DNA of 64,000 nt from an uncultured delta proteobacterium (GTDB taxonomy: Bacteria > Desulfobacterota > Binatia > UBA9968), in contig CAVSHR010000004.1 in the NCBI GenBank assembly GCA_963727625.1, positions 1,472,001 through 1,536,000 of the forward strand. Reading direction: 5' to 3'. Shown piece after piece: positions 61,283 through 64,000 of this stretch (position 1 is the stretch's first letter; each line of letters opens with the position of its first letter). The position numbers were made by a program, and so were the translations under genes. The notes below the pieces were generated by a model, which saw only the letters and a list, made by a program, of their open reading frames with translations, was not told the DNA's origin and made no database searches.

Positions 61283-63233
61283 TTCTCTCAATCTGGGCTT
61301 CACCCTTCCACCTGAGCAGCAAGCGATCAGGGATAAGTGTTTTCATCCGTCCGGAACCTTTGTCGAGTTTCCGATCGAGGATGTCCAGACTTCTATCCCA
61401 GCGCGGTTCGAAAAGATCGTAAAAATGTATCCCCATCGGATCGCGGTCAAGACCGCTGACGAAAGCATAACTTATGAAGCCTTAAATCAGTCTGCGAATC
61501 GACTCGCCAATGTTATCCTGGCTTGCGTCGAAAATACCGATGCACCTGTTGCCGTAATCCTTCGTCCGGGAATTGCGCAGTGTGCGGCGATTTTAGCGGT
61601 TCTAAAAGCAGGCAAAATATTGTTGCTCCAGGATTCAAGAAGCGACTCGGATGAAGTTGACCATTTCCTGACGGACTCTCAAGCCGGGCTGATTCTTAGA
61701 AGCGAAAAAAACAAGTGGAGCCTTACCGAAAGGGCAGCGACGAGTTCACGGGTGGTCGACATCGAGACTTCAAATATCGATAGCGAGAATCCTAGAATCC
61801 TCATACACCCCGATACTCCAGCCTACATAAAATACACATCAGGCTCCTCGGGACGAGCCAAAGGCATTGTGATCTCCCATCGAACACTCCTGCATAGAGT
61901 CATGACTTATACGAACTCTTGCCACTTTTCCGCGCAAGATCGGCTGGTTCGAGTAAACAGAAATACCATCAGTAGGCAATTGTTTATCCATTTGCTCAAT
62001 GGCGCGACATATTGCCCTTATGATTTCGATAGTGAGGGGTTACACCATTTAGCGATTTGGATGAAAACCCGCGCAATCACAATTTATCGATCGTTTCCCG
62101 GAGTCTTTCGATTATTAGTGAGCTCGTTGGCCGGTCAGGAACGTCTCACAACTTTGCGTCTAATCCGGCTAGGCGGAGAACCCCTCTATCGCAGCGATGT
62201 AGAATTATTCAATAGACATTTCTCATCTGACTGCGTGCTCATTCATTCTTACGCTGCCAGTGAAACAGGACTCATTTCCACCTACTACCTTGATCACAAT
62301 ATGAAAATTCTCGGTCACCGTGTTCCGGTGGGTTATCCGGTAAGCGGCAAGAATGTGTCCATCATCGACACGGACGGCAACGAACTTCCAGTCGACCAGA
62401 CTGGCGAAATCGCGGTGAAGAGTCGATTTCTTTCCGCGGGATATTGGCGACGCGGTGAGGACACGAGCAACACATTTGAATCTTCAGCTGTGGGTTCCGA
62501 GACAAAACTCTATCGCACCGGTGACCTGGGGCGGCTATCCAACGACGGTTGCTTGGAGCATTTGGGACGGAAGGATGACCGGATAAAGATTCGGAATTTC
62601 AGGGTTGATATTGGCGAGGTCGAAGCCAAACTCATGGAACACCCGGAAGTCAAACTTGCGGTGGTCACGGCGAAGGAAGATGCCAGCGGTGATGCGAGAC
62701 TGGTTGCCTACTTTGTGCCTCAAGATCTACCGGCCCCGACCGTTACAGTTCTCCGCGAATTTCTTAGTGCGTCGCTGCCGAGCTATATGGTTCCGTCGGT
62801 TTTCATTGCACTGGCCGAGCTACCTTTAACAAAGAACGGAAAAATCGATCGCCGCAATTTACCCACGCCCGGCAAACGGAGACCGAATTTGGCGACGCCC
62901 TTCGTCGAGCCAACATCGACGATTCAAACAAAACTCGCAGGGATCTGGAAGGATGTTTTAGCGCTTGACCAAGTCGGGATTGACGACAACTTCTTCGACC
63001 TCGGTGGTCATTCATTAACGGCGGCCCAGATCATCTCTCGGCTTATTCAGGCTTTTCAGTTAGAGTTGCCGCTTAAATCGCTGTTCCAGGCGCCGACGAT
63101 CGCTGAAATGGCGGCGATCATCGCGGAGCATCAAGGAGAAAACTTAACCGTGCAAGCCATGGAACGCGTTTTGAGCGAAATAGAATCGATGTCTGATGAT
63201 GAAGCGCAAAGAATAGTAGCTAAGGAAGTGTAA
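61275..63233 (+). CDS. Stand-alone adenylation-PCP didomain protein
   Basis: YTSGSSGRAKG, YAASETG, YRTGDLG, NGKIDR and FFDLGGHSL motifs. Confidence 0.92.
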   Translation: MSDSLNLGFTLPPEQQAIRDKCFHPSGTFVEFPIEDVQTSIPARFEKIVKMYPHRIAVKTADESITYEALNQSANRLANVILACVENTDAPVAVILRPGIAQCAAILAVLKAGKILLLQDSRSDSDEVDHFLTDSQAGLILRSEKNKWSLTERAATSSRVVDIETSNIDSENPRILIHPDTPAYIKYTSGSSGRAKGIVISHRTLLHRVMTYTNSCHFSAQDRLVRVNRNTISRQLFIHLLNGATYCPYDFDSEGLHHLAIWMKTRAITIYRSFPGVFRLLVSSLAGQERLTTLRLIRLGGEPLYRSDVELFNRHFSSDCVLIHSYAASETGLISTYYLDHNMKILGHRVPVGYPVSGKNVSIIDTDGNELPVDQTGEIAVKSRFLSAGYWRRGEDTSNTFESSAVGSETKLYRTGDLGRLSNDGCLEHLGRKDDRIKIRNFRVDIGEVEAKLMEHPEVKLAVVTAKEDASGDARLVAYFVPQDLPAPTVTVLREFLSASLPSYMVPSVFIALAELPLTKNGKIDRRNLPTPGKRRPNLATPFVEPTSTIQTKLAGIWKDVLALDQVGIDDNFFDLGGHSLTAAQIISRLIQAFQLELPLKSLFQAPTIAEMAAIIAEHQGENLTVQAMERVLSEIESMSDDEAQRIVAKEV

Positions 63234-63348
63234 AGCCGTGGAACGTGCTGACCATGATTTTGGTCGCTCAACAATGGAGCTCGGCCGCTCTTAAAATTTA
63301 ATCGAAGTGTCGATCGAGCAAAGAAACGTTTATTTGGAAAGAAGAGCG

Positions 63349-64000
63349 ATGTCTACTGGATTACAAAACGAACTAAGCAAACGAATGGCTGCGCTATCAC
63401 CCGCAAAGCGGGCGCTTCTCGAGGAACGGTTGAATAAAAAGAGCCCTGATACATCAGTGACGGAGGCCATACCGCGCCGCCCATCGCGGGAATCCGCATC
63501 CCTCTCCTTCGCCCAGGAACGTTTGTGGTTTCTCAATCAATTCGATCCCGAGAGCTCGGCCTACAACGAGCCGAGAGTAATACGATTGAGCGGTTCGCTC
63601 GATGTAAAAGCCCTAGACAAAGCCCTCAATCATATAGTCGCGCGGCACGAAGTGTTACGGACGACGATTGTCGTCGTCGACGGAAGCCCCATGCAACGGA
63701 TCGCAGAGCGCCGCACTATAGACCTGCCGGTGATCGATCTGCGGATTCATAGCGTCCAGGACCGCGACGCCGAGGCGCGCCGATTGATAGATGAAACGAT
63801 CCGCCATCCATTCAACCTGTCTACCGATCTAATGTTACGACCGTTATTGCTGCAATTAGGTGACCAAGAGCACATCCTCGTTCTCGTAAAGCACCATGTG
63901 GCTACGGACGGCTGGTCCTCGGGACTATTTTGGCGCGAAGTTGCAACCCTATATAGAGCATTTAGGACCGGGCAACCGGCGAATCTTCCGGAGCTGCCGA
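63349..64000 (+). CDS. NRPS beginning with a condensation domain (runs off the window)
   Basis: MSTGLQNELSKRMAALSPAKRALL, LSFAQERLWFL, RHEVLRT and HHVATDGWS; frame is open to the window end. Confidence 0.92.
   Translation, partial: MSTGLQNELSKRMAALSPAKRALLEERLNKKSPDTSVTEAIPRRPSRESASLSFAQERLWFLNQFDPESSAYNEPRVIRLSGSLDVKALDKALNHIVARHEVLRTTIVVVDGSPMQRIAERRTIDLPVIDLRIHSVQDRDAEARRLIDETIRHPFNLSTDLMLRPLLLQLGDQEHILVLVKHHVATDGWSSGLFWREVATLYRAFRTGQPANLPELP

Overview
A GC-rich bacterial chromosomal window. Gene content suggests a Deltaproteobacteria-like lineage such as Candidatus Binatia (inference only). (1) 1-15.7 kb: catabolic and transport genes (three 4,5-dihydroxyphthalate-decarboxylase-like paralogs, orphan substrate-binding proteins, a DapA-family lyase, crotonase, MBL hydrolase, TAXI protein), two VapBC modules and a dCache histidine kinase/sigma54 regulator pair. 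(2) 16-26.6 kb: nested mobile elements. IS630 splits a kinase paralog, an IS4 is truncated by an IS21, and that IS21 has istA split by a second IS630 and istB split by a 2.6 kb large-serine-recombinase (LSR) element. (3) 27-29 kb: a partly decayed toxin-antitoxin array beside a duplicated 3' end of threonine synthase. (4) 29-58.6 kb: mostly core genes (thrC-like, YdiJ-like oxidoreductase, UDG, Sdh1-type succinate dehydrogenase, pilT/pilU, UbiD, purC, pcp, thiC, nuoI, apt, nlpD, pcm, tRNA-Pro). (5) 59-64 kb: the start of an NRPS cluster. Top finding: the LSR element's first gene is split by its own att site. Its RBS, ATG and first five codons sit at the element's right end and the rest at the left end, so a complete ~164-aa gene would exist only in the excised circle, and the same excision would restore the IstB Walker A motif. 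Second finding: an ArsC/Spx-like gene with an in-frame UGA in a UxxC motif followed by a SECIS-like hairpin (probable selenoprotein).
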